From the IMG/VR virus record IMGVR_UViG_2595698902_000001, positions 128,001-192,000 of that record: a DNA stretch of 64,000 nucleotides, one strand, 5' to 3'. Shown one piece after another: positions 54,360-64,000 of this stretch (within the stretch, counting starts at the first letter, position 1; every line of letters starts with the position of its first letter). The position numbers were made by a program, and so were the translations under genes. This DNA is from a virus (taxonomy: Duplodnaviria; Caudoviricetes). The notes beneath the pieces were generated by a model that was not told the origin of the DNA, searched no databases, and saw nothing but the letters and a program-made list of their open reading frames with translations.

Positions 54360-56669
54360 ATGGCCGATAAACTGGTTTTACTTGATGCCGGGGAAGCGGC
54401 CTTGCTCAATGCGAGCATTGGCGGCATTCTCATTAAACCGGAATCTTTCCGCGTTGGTGACTCCGGTGCATATGCTTCAAATACCCAGCACACTGATATC
54501 GTCGGCAACTTCGTTTGTGGTGGTGATATTCACCACGTCGAAACCCTGAGTTCTCGCGTTGCGCGTTTTGTTTTGTCGTTTGATACGCGCCTGATTACCC
54601 AGCCGACAACCATTCGCGAAGTTGTGGTTTTCTTTGAGGGCAGGATTGCGTTCGGTCGTGCTGTTTTTGCGCAACCGTTTATTCTGATGCCGAATGAGCC
54701 AACCCGCCTTTCCGTTGTGCTGGCTACCACTCGCGCAGATTTGACGCTGATTGACGTTAGCGTGGGCGAGCATGATTCGATTCCTGCTACGCCTTTCCTG
54801 TATCAATTGCCGTCTCCGGGCAATTCTGAGTTCAACGCTATTTCCGTTTTGAACGGTAAGCGTAACCCGGATGGCACCAGTTCCCCAGTGCTCGCGCAGC
54901 GTTACGGCACCGGTAGTTTCCAGTGGGGTTTTACCGACCATTCCCGTGTGTTCAATGGCCGACCAACTTCGGCCACTTCAACCACGTTTAAAATCAGCAC
55001 TTCGGTTTCTTTTGCTGCTGATGAACAGGTAATTGTCCACGTTGTTTCCGGTAGCGGTGAAGGGCAAACCAGACGCTACCGCTACAACGCTGGCGCACAG
55101 GAGTTCCGCGACCCTGATTCTAAACCGCTTCCCAATCTGGCAGCTTCCACAATTGTTATTTGGAAATTGCTGGCAGGTGCTACTAGCGGTTCTGGTGGTG
55201 GCGGAAATCTGGAAATTCCACCGACTACCGAAATCCCACCTGATTGGGTACTGACTCCGGGCGCAGATGGTTCACTGGTGTGGCAACCGCCAAAAGCTGC
55301 AAGTCGGATTATTTCAACATTGTTTACTGAGCCTTCGCGGCTGGAAGTAAACGCGCTGGCGCTTATGGGCACTGGTGATGAATCGCGCTACAGCACGGGC
55401 GAATTGGTGCCGGAAAACGCCAACTATGTTTATCCGGCTGTTGGTCTGGTGACGCAGCACCGTTCGGCTTTCCAGCTGTCTGCATCGGAAATTGAATTTG
55501 CGGAAAACATTCCGTCAAACGTGAGTATCGATCTGCGGGTTTTCACTAAATCGCCGAGCACCGGTACACGCGCAATTTTCACCACGCTGGAATTCATTAG
55601 CGACGGCTCCAAAGTAGAATTCGATTTAGGGCAAACCGTAGAAACCCAAGCGCATGTATTTGCCTTTGTGGAGTCCACGCTGCAACCGTCGTCTACCTAC
55701 ACAATCGACAACGTGACGAAAAAGATTCGATTTAACAGTCCGTATGAGCCGGGTGTAAATATCGAATTGAAGCTGCTGTCGTATGTGTCGGAAACTGGCT
55801 ACAGCACGCGAATTGTCACGCGCACTTACGTTACCAAAGGTGATACGTTCTTCCTCAAACTGCCGACCACTCCGCAGTCCATTGAGCAGGTATTTGTTAG
55901 CCAGTCCGGTGCGCATATTCACCAGAAAAACTATTCGCTGATTGACGACGCACTGGTATTCACTGACAGTCTGGAACCCGACGTAGAAGTCGAGGTGATG
56001 ATTTTCGAGAATATTCAGGCGCAGGGATCGGAACAAACCGGCCTGAACGGCATTGTTGTGGACGGTTATGTTTCCAACCAAACGTTTACCCTGCTGCGCC
56101 ACGGTGCGCCGCCAATTGATTTGCCAATTCCACCGCCTGCAATTTCTGTAGGCGATGGTTTGAGTGTGGACACGTCGAGCGGTGTGGCACACATTTCCAT
56201 TCGTGAAGACGCTTTCCCGGCACAACGGGCAGTGCGTCGCTGGGAAGCGAATCAATCGTTTAAATCGCCTGACGGTCTAATTACTCAGACGATTACTTTG
56301 ACGCCGAACAAACCGTCGATTTACATGGTGGTTGCAGATTTCAGTGTGCGCCTCGGTCCCGGTTACATGAGCGCGGAAGGTACGGAAAATATCGAATATG
56401 TTGTAGGCGTTCGATCCGCACAATCCACCGAGCCTGCTTTCGGTCGGCAAATTCGCGGTACTGGTCAAGCTGGTTTGATTTCTAACGATTCGTCGGGCGG
56501 CATGGCATACGCCAACGCTTCCATGACGCAGACTTACGAAATCGACCCGGTAAACCACAACACCGAGACGATTGATATCGTGGCAAAAGTGCGCGTGAAT
56601 AACGCCAACACTTCTCAGTTTAGCGTGATGGTTAACGTCAACCTGAATATTCTGGAAATCCCGGTGTAA
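54360..56669 (+). CDS. baseplate/tail-fibre attachment protein
   Basis: N-terminal fibre-attachment-like region and repeated beta domains ('FVESTLQP...Y...I.F', 'FVSQSGAHI...Y...LVF'). Confidence 0.6.
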   Translation: MADKLVLLDAGEAALLNASIGGILIKPESFRVGDSGAYASNTQHTDIVGNFVCGGDIHHVETLSSRVARFVLSFDTRLITQPTTIREVVVFFEGRIAFGRAVFAQPFILMPNEPTRLSVVLATTRADLTLIDVSVGEHDSIPATPFLYQLPSPGNSEFNAISVLNGKRNPDGTSSPVLAQRYGTGSFQWGFTDHSRVFNGRPTSATSTTFKISTSVSFAADEQVIVHVVSGSGEGQTRRYRYNAGAQEFRDPDSKPLPNLAASTIVIWKLLAGATSGSGGGGNLEIPPTTEIPPDWVLTPGADGSLVWQPPKAASRIISTLFTEPSRLEVNALALMGTGDESRYSTGELVPENANYVYPAVGLVTQHRSAFQLSASEIEFAENIPSNVSIDLRVFTKSPSTGTRAIFTTLEFISDGSKVEFDLGQTVETQAHVFAFVESTLQPSSTYTIDNVTKKIRFNSPYEPGVNIELKLLSYVSETGYSTRIVTRTYVTKGDTFFLKLPTTPQSIEQVFVSQSGAHIHQKNYSLIDDALVFTDSLEPDVEVEVMIFENIQAQGSEQTGLNGIVVDGYVSNQTFTLLRHGAPPIDLPIPPPAISVGDGLSVDTSSGVAHISIREDAFPAQRAVRRWEANQSFKSPDGLITQTITLTPNKPSIYMVVADFSVRLGPGYMSAEGTENIEYVVGVRSAQSTEPAFGRQIRGTGQAGLISNDSSGGMAYANASMTQTYEIDPVNHNTETIDIVAKVRVNNANTSQFSVMVNVNLNILEIPV

Positions 56670-56673
56670 GCTT

Positions 56674-57087
56674 ATGAAATATTGGTACGTCGATGGTAGC
56701 CTACGCAAAGGCGATTGGGTGCAGGGTGCAATTGAAATCAGTGCAGCGCAATTTGATTTCTACTCTGCGAATCTTGATACGTTGATGTTGTTTGTGCGGA
56801 ATGGCCGCGTGGTTCACCAAATCGACATGGCTGCTTATCGACGTGCCGCCCTAGCCAAGCTTGAAAACAAAAACTTTGTCGTTGTGGACGGAACGAAATA
56901 CTTTGACGACGAGTTGGGTTATTTGAGCGAAAACTACATCGTTCGATCAGGCGGTCCGTGCCGAATCAGTAAGGAAAAAATGATTGCGCTGGTGACAGAA
57001 AGGAATCGCATTTACACAATGCGCCGTTCTGGAATTCAGACTGCTAGAACACCAGAGGAAGTGGACGAATTATGTCAAATGAATTAA
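56674..57087 (+). CDS. hypothetical protein (possible fibre assembly chaperone)
   Basis: Follows a fibre-type gene; C-terminal 'I.TA.TPEEV'. Confidence 0.5.
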   Translation: MKYWYVDGSLRKGDWVQGAIEISAAQFDFYSANLDTLMLFVRNGRVVHQIDMAAYRRAALAKLENKNFVVVDGTKYFDDELGYLSENYIVRSGGPCRISKEKMIALVTERNRIYTMRRSGIQTARTPEEVDELCQMN

Positions 57088-57873
57088 CAATTGCCGTCTT
57101 AGACAACAAGTCGGTGACTGTACCCATTGGCGTGACAGTCCTGACAAACAAAAAGAGTCAAAATAGCCTGAAAGTGCAAGACGGCCATGACCGGTGAAAA
57201 GGTTGTGGCTTTGCCTTTCACCAGCATTGACGCGCCGGGCTATGAAGGCGAACAGGCATTCCGCGATAACAGCAGCCAAGTTTATTTTGGAACGCCTGTA
57301 GACCGCCGAGCGCTGCGCACCGTTGAGGCTGTTTTTAACGATGAAACCGGCGTACTGACTTTCTATCGGCAGAACGGGAAAAGTTACGAAATCACTTCGC
57401 TAATGCGGCAGATTGATTTCGGTATCGGTCCCACTGGGCCGCGTGGTGATCCGGGGCGTCCGGGGCGTGATGCCGAAGATGGAAAAGATGGAAAAGATGG
57501 GCAAGCAGGCTGCGCAGGTCCACGCGGGCCAGAAGGGCGCCCCGGTCCTATGGGTGATCCCGGTATTGAAGGCGAAGTAGGTGCGCCCGGTCCATACGGT
57601 CCGCTAGGTCCAACCGGACCGCGTGGTGATATTGGTTTTGCTGGTCCTCCCGGTTTTGAAGGTAAGCGCGGATTGTGTGGTTTTTCTTGCCCCACAACTT
57701 CACGCGGACCGTGTGGGCCACAAGGCAATACCATGAACAAAAACGTTGCGATTGGACCGTATCCAACGCACCTCGATTTGATTTGGGCGGCAGCAGAGGA
57801 TTGTTTGTGTCCGGTTTATCCGAACGAATATGATCTGACTCCTATTACCAATAACCCGGCTGTGTTCCAGTGA
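57072..57873 (+). CDS. collagen-like fibre protein 1; apparent +1 frameshift near 57186
   Basis: Gly-X-Y run in 57187..57873. A 41-codon upstream ORF from 57072 supplies an N-terminus comparable to the paralogues. Confidence 0.7.
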
Positions 57874-57883
57874 GAAATGAACC

Positions 57884-60376
57884 ATGACAAATTGCAGCAC
57901 TTTGCCGGTTATTGTTAACACGCCGCTAGAGCCGCAAAAGATTGTAGCGCAGTGCGATAACTGGATTACTTTGTGTGGCAAAGGCAAGCATAAAATTTCC
58001 TACTTCCTCGGCCAGCTAAACGGCCCGGTGACAATCTGGTACGACCGTGAAAGTCTCGAAGACGAAATTTACGTCTATCAGAATGGGGAGGTTATTGCTG
58101 CTGCACCGTTAAAAGATCAGAAAGGTTCGATGACCTTCGATTATGCTCCAGTGCATGATGGTCCGGGCGGTGACGAGATTGTTTTAACGCACGAAGGCAT
58201 GACCAAAACCTCGCGTGTGCATATTCACCTGCTTTGTCCGGTTGATCCGTGCTTGCCGGAATTCGCGGCAAAACCGGAACCGATTGATACCGTTACGCCA
58301 TGCGGTCGCGCTTGGCACCAGTCTGGATACGTGCGTAAAAACACATTCGATTTAGGTGACAAGCCGGGGCGTGTGGATGTTATTTGGAGCGTGGTTGGTT
58401 CGTCGCTGGTGGTTATTTATCAGGACAACCAACCGCTGTTGACAATGGAGCCTGATCGAGAAGGGTTTTTCCAGTTCGATTATGATCCAGAAAAAGGCGA
58501 AGTTTACGCAATCACACAGGGCATCGGTTCTGTCGATTATGTGTTTACCTGTCCGTATCTGGAAGAGACTCCAGAAGAGGAAGTTTTCCGCTTCGCGTGT
58601 GGTGCTGCCGATTACTACGTCTTCAACGCGCCGCAATTAACGCAAGTAGATTTTCCTGTAATGGAAGGCACCATTGAATTCAGTGCGTCCGTGGTTGAAA
58701 CTGCGCAGCTGGTTTTCTCGCAAAACAACGTGCCGTTTTACGTGGTGTCCGGGCATACCGGCGTTGTGGATTTCACCTTTGATTACATGCCCGACAAAGG
58801 CAAAATCACAATCAACACGCAGGGTTACGGTGAAATCAAAGTAAAGGCGAAATGTCCTTATACGGCGCCCGATCCAATTCCAGAAGAGCTGGATGCGGAT
58901 TGCGGTTCGACGCTAAACACTTACCCCGGTTTCAGTAATATTCGCCTCGATTTGAAAGGCATTAGCGGTGACGCGTTGCTTGACCTAGTGCTGACTGATA
59001 CGACGGTCGGCGTGGTGCATACTGGCACGCAATTAATCACGAAATCCGGTACGTACCCAATCGTTTACGACAAAACGGTGCCGCTGATTTTGCAGGCACG
59101 CGGAAACGATTTCCAAATGCGGATTAGTTGCCCAGTCAGAAAGCCGATTGAGGCCACGCTTGATTGCGGCGTAATTCGCAACTTTGATTCACTGGCAAAT
59201 ATCACGGTGCGCTACGGTTCAACGCCGGGTAATACCACGATTACGACTAGCCAAGACGTGACAGTTTATCGCGACGGTGTGCTGGTTGGTTTTGGTCGCA
59301 ACGTGACGTTTTTCTATCCGGGTTCTGGTGTAGTTCTAGTCAAGTGTGATGTGCTGGATGAATACCTGACAATTAGCGCAACTTGCCCGTCTGTTCAGCA
59401 AATCCATTGCGGCGATCCAATCAAGCAATTCAACGCGGGCGATGTTGTGGACGTAGTTTTCAATACGCCTGCAATTACCGGCCATGTCGCGGTCACTGTA
59501 GAAATCACAGGAAATACAACTGTCGATTTCCGCCTCGGTAACAACGTGGTGAAAACAGTTACACAAACTGAAACGTTTGAAGCGATCTGGAATACCGCTT
59601 CTGCCCTACGCGTAGTCTCGCGTGGTACTGGTCAATTCAAGCTATCGATTGGTTGTGCGCGACCGATTTATATCGTTAACGACGTGGTGAAAACAGAAAA
59701 GGTAAACTGCCAACCGGGTGAAACCGCCGGAGGCTTACCGAACGGAGATACTTTCGTTACTGCAACGTGGCACGAAATTACATGGTCGGACGGTCGTGTA
59801 GAAGTGACGCCGAAAACTTACGATGGGGTGTGCAAACCCGTGGCAGAAATCCCAATTCCACCTGCGCGTTGGGGCGTTGCAATGTTTGCAAACCGTTTGT
59901 TTACTGGCGGTCCAATTGCAGCGGAAATTACCGAGGAAGAAGCCGCATATGGCGTGGTCGCAAACCCAAGCCCGAGCGGAAAGAATTACCAGCACTGGAC
60001 GGGAATTCAGCAATTCTGCGATCAGGTAATGACGCATGAGTTTTCGCCGACTACCGCTGTCGCTGCGCAGATTGAAACCACGATTACCGTGGATGATTTC
60101 CTGTATGTCATGTGGGATAAACGTGCTGCTCAGGCAATCCACATTATCAACCTCGGCAACAGTTTTGAAGTAACATTTGACGGCATTTTGTGGCGTAACG
60201 ATTTGCTTGGCAACTATTCGGGAATGCCTGAATACGATCCTAATCTGCCGAAATATCTGACCGTTCAGTATGACGACGGTACAGGTCTGCGTGATTGGGT
60301 TATTGTTCGTCAAGAAACCACGACGCTGCCGCAATTCAGTCCGCGTACCGACAAATACGCGATTAAATACGTGTGA
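57884..60376 (+). CDS. Cys-flanked repeat tail appendage protein
   Basis: About six ~90-100 aa beta repeats, each beginning C-G and ending C-P/A. Confidence 0.7.
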   Translation: MTNCSTLPVIVNTPLEPQKIVAQCDNWITLCGKGKHKISYFLGQLNGPVTIWYDRESLEDEIYVYQNGEVIAAAPLKDQKGSMTFDYAPVHDGPGGDEIVLTHEGMTKTSRVHIHLLCPVDPCLPEFAAKPEPIDTVTPCGRAWHQSGYVRKNTFDLGDKPGRVDVIWSVVGSSLVVIYQDNQPLLTMEPDREGFFQFDYDPEKGEVYAITQGIGSVDYVFTCPYLEETPEEEVFRFACGAADYYVFNAPQLTQVDFPVMEGTIEFSASVVETAQLVFSQNNVPFYVVSGHTGVVDFTFDYMPDKGKITINTQGYGEIKVKAKCPYTAPDPIPEELDADCGSTLNTYPGFSNIRLDLKGISGDALLDLVLTDTTVGVVHTGTQLITKSGTYPIVYDKTVPLILQARGNDFQMRISCPVRKPIEATLDCGVIRNFDSLANITVRYGSTPGNTTITTSQDVTVYRDGVLVGFGRNVTFFYPGSGVVLVKCDVLDEYLTISATCPSVQQIHCGDPIKQFNAGDVVDVVFNTPAITGHVAVTVEITGNTTVDFRLGNNVVKTVTQTETFEAIWNTASALRVVSRGTGQFKLSIGCARPIYIVNDVVKTEKVNCQPGETAGGLPNGDTFVTATWHEITWSDGRVEVTPKTYDGVCKPVAEIPIPPARWGVAMFANRLFTGGPIAAEITEEEAAYGVVANPSPSGKNYQHWTGIQQFCDQVMTHEFSPTTAVAAQIETTITVDDFLYVMWDKRAAQAIHIINLGNSFEVTFDGILWRNDLLGNYSGMPEYDPNLPKYLTVQYDDGTGLRDWVIVRQETTTLPQFSPRTDKYAIKYV

Positions 60377-60385
60377 GAATAAACC

Positions 60386-61435
60386 ATGCCGATGACGAGA
60401 GTTCCAACGAATATGATTCGTGCTCCCGGCGAGCGCGATGCAAGTATTCTTGAAGTTAAAAACGAACGTCTTTCTGCAACCGCTCCAGTAGACGCAGACG
60501 TATCGGAAATTTCCGGTGGCCTTTATGACGAAACGCAGGGTGTAATTACTTTGCGTTTTTACAATGGCCAAGAATTGCGTATTACTGGCCTTCCAGTTCC
60601 GTCGCGAATTCCTGTAGGCCCTACGGGGCCGCAGGGTTTGCCGGGATTGGATGGGAAAAATGGTAAAGACGGACGCGACGGTGCGCCCGGTCCTGCTGGC
60701 TGCGAAGGCCCTCAAGGTGTAATTGGTCAAACTGGGCCAAAAGGTGAAACCGGGCGAACTGGACAACCGGGGCCAGCTGGACCTACCGGGCCAACCGGAC
60801 CGCAAGGTTTACAAGGTCCAATGGGGCCAACCGGACCACAAGGGCCAGAGGGACCACAGGGGCCACGCGGCGAACAAGGCCCGCAGGGAAGGCCCGGACC
60901 AAAAGGCCCGGAAGGTTATATGAACATTATTGTTTCCACGACCGAACCGGAAGAAAAAGATCGTGTAGATGGTTTACTTTGGGTAAATCCAAACGCAGAT
61001 TATGCGTGTGGTGACGAACCTATCTCTACGCGCCCAAGTCGTATCGCTGACGTTGCGTCGGATTTGATTTGCGGCCCGGCTAGCGTGTATTACACCCAAG
61101 GCCCGGCAGGCGTAACCAACGCACAAAAAGACCAAATCATTCAAGCGTATTACACAATTCCAAATGGCCTTGGCCGTTGCCCGGAATTGGATGGTTGGAT
61201 TTTCTGGCAAAACCACTTGGTCGGTCTGCCGCCTGCGCAAAAAGTGTTTACCATTGCGGAGGTTGTTGCACTTATCCATAAAGCTGGCGTTGAAAACAAC
61301 GAAGGTGGCAGTAAAAGCCGCGCCACTGTTAACGCGAAATGTCGTGCATCTGCTGACGCGTTGCTTGGCGCTGGTACTTACTCGGACGCTACGTTTATTG
61401 TTGGTTCCGGCAACCAGTGCGCCATTACCTATTAA
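60386..61435 (+). CDS. collagen-like fibre protein 2
   Basis: Long Gly-X-Y run, then IIVSTTEP...LWVNP and a C-terminal domain. Confidence 0.85.
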   Translation: MPMTRVPTNMIRAPGERDASILEVKNERLSATAPVDADVSEISGGLYDETQGVITLRFYNGQELRITGLPVPSRIPVGPTGPQGLPGLDGKNGKDGRDGAPGPAGCEGPQGVIGQTGPKGETGRTGQPGPAGPTGPTGPQGLQGPMGPTGPQGPEGPQGPRGEQGPQGRPGPKGPEGYMNIIVSTTEPEEKDRVDGLLWVNPNADYACGDEPISTRPSRIADVASDLICGPASVYYTQGPAGVTNAQKDQIIQAYYTIPNGLGRCPELDGWIFWQNHLVGLPPAQKVFTIAEVVALIHKAGVENNEGGSKSRATVNAKCRASADALLGAGTYSDATFIVGSGNQCAITY

Positions 61436-61444
61436 AGGTGTCGT

Positions 61445-61966
61445 ATGTCTAGTTCTTTAACGAAATTGCCAGTCAATATGCTGGTCGCTCGCGGACGTAC
61501 AGGCGGAAACCTAAAAAATACAGGTTCCTCGGTACAGGTTGCGCAAAGCGACGATGCTGAATTTCCGGTGCTTGTTTCGGGATCGGTGAACCAGTTAAAT
61601 GGTACATTGGTTCTAGTAATGTCCAACGGAGAAAAGATTGAGATTAGCGGATTGTTTACCGCAAACTCAATTGTGCAAGGCCCGCCCGGTCCGCGTGGTT
61701 TTCCCGGTAATGACGGGCGCGACGGAACAAACGGGCGCGATGGTGAACAGGGTGCAACAGGTTGCCAAGGCCCACCCGGTCCTCGCGGTGATACAGGCCC
61801 CGAAGGTCCACGCGGTCCGCAAGGTATCCAAGGCCCGCCCGGTCCAAAAGGTGAACCGGGACCGCGTGGTTCTGATGGCTTTGTGCAGGTTTATATTCAA
61901 TCGCAAGACCCCAGTGCGCAGGAAGGTAGCGTAGTAAAAGCCGGTGCGCTCTGGATAAAGCCGTAA
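61445..61966 (+). CDS. collagen-like fibre protein 3
   Basis: Gly-X-Y run, then VYIQSQDP...LWIKP. Confidence 0.85.
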   Translation: MSSSLTKLPVNMLVARGRTGGNLKNTGSSVQVAQSDDAEFPVLVSGSVNQLNGTLVLVMSNGEKIEISGLFTANSIVQGPPGPRGFPGNDGRDGTNGRDGEQGATGCQGPPGPRGDTGPEGPRGPQGIQGPPGPKGEPGPRGSDGFVQVYIQSQDPSAQEGSVVKAGALWIKP

Positions 61967-61969
61967 TGG

Positions 61970-61997
61970 AAAAGGGGCCTTAAAAAGCCCCTTTTTT
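61970..61997 (+). terminator. intrinsic terminator
   Basis: AAAGGGGC...GCCCCTTTTTT. Confidence 0.75.
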
Positions 61998-62042
61998 GTT
62001 TGCGAATAATTTAAATGTATTAAACAACTGTGGGACTTACCA

Positions 62043-64000
62043 ATGAGCGATTTAAGAGCGCTGTCTCCGAACGGCGCATGGCTCAACATTTGCGAAAGCG
62101 AATGGAAAGTTTTGCAAGAGGATGGAACGTGGAAGGAGATTGAGCCGGGCAATGATTTGCGCGTGCGCCACGGTTCCAACGATTATTGGCTGCAAATTAA
62201 TTGCGATTTAGATGTGGGTTATTGCCCACCAGAACAGCTTGCTGGTTGCTGGCCCGGTTACAGCGGAAACTTTGATTCTGCTGAATTCAAAATCGGTGGC
62301 CCGACTGGTTATCTCGTTTGCGATTGCGACGGCCTGAATTGCAAAACATACACTGGCCACACGCCGGATTATGATAAGGCGGGCGGTCGCTTTTTCTCTA
62401 CTGCGCCAGTTGTCGAAAACACGGTTGCGCATTCCCTGCCTACGACTTTGTTTGGTTCGTCTGAGGCAGAAATCACTGAAATGTTGGTATATGCTGGTGA
62501 ACGATCTGGACACATTGAAGTCAGTTTGCATGATCTTGACCCCGGTGTGCGTGTACGTATTTACAACGATTGCGTTCTACTCGGGGACTCGGACGTAAGC
62601 GGTCCGTTTTTCAACGTTTTCTTTACCACGGAAATTCCGAAAAAAGCGGTAGAGGAAGACCCGTGCGGCGATCCGCCTGTACCGAATAAATTCTTGACCG
62701 TTCGTGTGGATGCTCCGACCGGTCGCCGCTGGCGTGTAAAACTGGGTGCGGTTTCCGTAGTGCAGGCCACCAACTATGAACGCCCAGCGCCGTGCTTTGG
62801 CACTTTCGGTCCTAGCTTGCCTTGCTTTGTAAACGATCAAAACAACGTTATTCCGGGCGAAGCCGTTTACGAAAACGTGCATATCCTTGAAGGCATTTCT
62901 GGCCGTGTTGATATCGACCTGACTGTTAACGGCCCCGAGCCTGTTAAGTTCGAGGTTTTCTACAACGGTGGTTTGATCGGTACTCACGTAACAGGCAATA
63001 GTGAAACGCTTCTGAAATTCGCGTCTACTCTGACGTTCAATTTCAATCCGGTTGGCGGTGATCAGTTTATTGTCGTTCGGTATAGCGCTCCGCGTGCGTA
63101 CAATTCGTGGACATATTCCATGTATTGCCCGACCATGCAGGGTTCGCGTATCAACATGCGCCGCCCTATGCAGGTTCCGAACGACGTTTTGTGTTTGCCG
63201 CTGAATGAAAGTTTGGCGCCAGCGCATGCGGTTACTGGTCGAGGTGCGCACACTTCTGATATTTACTACAATTACGCTGGCTACAGTTTGGGCGATATTG
63301 TCGTAGAATTCTTTGCGCCGGACGAAGTGCAATTCGTATTTTTCCAAGGCAATTACCCGAACGAGACAATTCTATCTGGCACCACGTCCGTGGTTAACGG
63401 CCATCGTCGTTTCTATTTCCGCTTTGATCCGCGAAATGGTACGACCGTTCACGTTCGCGTAGTTGGCCCGTGCTGCCCTGATTGGATTTTCACAATGTCC
63501 AATCCTGTACCGCCGCCAGTTATTGACGTTTTTGATGCGTCGATTGTGCGCGGTCGTGCTGGTCAAGTTTCTCTGCTTTGCTTCGACGTGAAGCTGCGAA
63601 ACAAAACACCAAAACGCGTTACGTTCGATTGGAATACAGCGCCATTAACTGCAATTGTTTCCACTGACGGCACCTGTACTGTAACTGAGGATGTTCCTGA
63701 TTCGCCGTTCTGTAATATCGTCGGCACGGGTGGCGTGCGTGGCGGCAGTTATTCCAACGACCACAATATCGGATATTCCTGCTCGCGAATTTCCAGTACG
63801 TTGCATAGTCCCAACTGCGCGCAAGGTGGCCAGTATTATGTGGTAGAAACGGATTTCAATTTTCCGTATACCGGCACATATACCGTGGTTGGTACGGCGG
63901 ATGACTGTATCGACGTTTACGTTGCCTGTAAGCACGTTCTGGCAGGCCCTCGCGGCACCGGCCAATGGGAACGAACTCACAGAGCCACGTTTACCGCAGA
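62043..64000 (+). CDS. large Cys-rich tail/adhesin-like protein (3'-truncated by the window; not in ORF track)
   Basis: ATG 62043 follows a TAATTT motif; begins MSDLRALSPNGAWLNICESEW. The frame appears open to the window end; late segments resemble Calx-beta and PA14-type (GTYTVVGTADD) domains. Confidence 0.7.
   Translation, partial: MSDLRALSPNGAWLNICESEWKVLQEDGTWKEIEPGNDLRVRHGSNDYWLQINCDLDVGYCPPEQLAGCWPGYSGNFDSAEFKIGGPTGYLVCDCDGLNCKTYTGHTPDYDKAGGRFFSTAPVVENTVAHSLPTTLFGSSEAEITEMLVYAGERSGHIEVSLHDLDPGVRVRIYNDCVLLGDSDVSGPFFNVFFTTEIPKKAVEEDPCGDPPVPNKFLTVRVDAPTGRRWRVKLGAVSVVQATNYERPAPCFGTFGPSLPCFVNDQNNVIPGEAVYENVHILEGISGRVDIDLTVNGPEPVKFEVFYNGGLIGTHVTGNSETLLKFASTLTFNFNPVGGDQFIVVRYSAPRAYNSWTYSMYCPTMQGSRINMRRPMQVPNDVLCLPLNESLAPAHAVTGRGAHTSDIYYNYAGYSLGDIVVEFFAPDEVQFVFFQGNYPNETILSGTTSVVNGHRRFYFRFDPRNGTTVHVRVVGPCCPDWIFTMSNPVPPPVIDVFDASIVRGRAGQVSLLCFDVKLRNKTPKRVTFDWNTAPLTAIVSTDGTCTVTEDVPDSPFCNIVGTGGVRGGSYSNDHNIGYSCSRISSTLHSPNCAQGGQYYVVETDFNFPYTGTYTVVGTADDCIDVYVACKHVLAGPRGTGQWERTHRATFTA

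Overview
The window is a segment of a large (probably jumbo) T4-style myophage genome; no rRNA, tRNA or CRISPR array was seen. From left to right: (1) an early/replication block with YqeY-like and DUF1289 genes, two candidate anti-defence nucleotide sponges (Tad2/DUF2829-like, Acb2/Tad1-like), one or two phage sigma-like factors, SSB, RecA/UvsX, an HNH nuclease and a DnaB-like helicase; (2) a packaging block with an intein-containing terminase large subunit, a KTSC protein, the probable portal and a candidate structured ncRNA; (3) spike and fibre genes, an SprT protease, an MmcB-like nuclease and dTMP kinase; (4) a ~16 kb array in which about 13 otherwise unrelated proteins (topoisomerase IB, four ADP-ribosyltransferase-like proteins, a GNAT, three large paralogues, small basic proteins) share an N-terminal leader M-K-I-x-L-A-(V/T)-A, the best candidate here for an undescribed virion cargo-loading/ejection system; (5) a minus-strand thyA-to-DHFR operon; (6) baseplate genes (PAAR, gp25, gp6, gp7-like) and Cys-rich/collagen-like tail appendage genes. 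Two recurring putative promoter motifs (TAATTT, often followed by a hairpin; ACTGTAAAT) and three apparent single-base frameshifts were also found. All product calls come from motif recognition by eye; no database searches were run.
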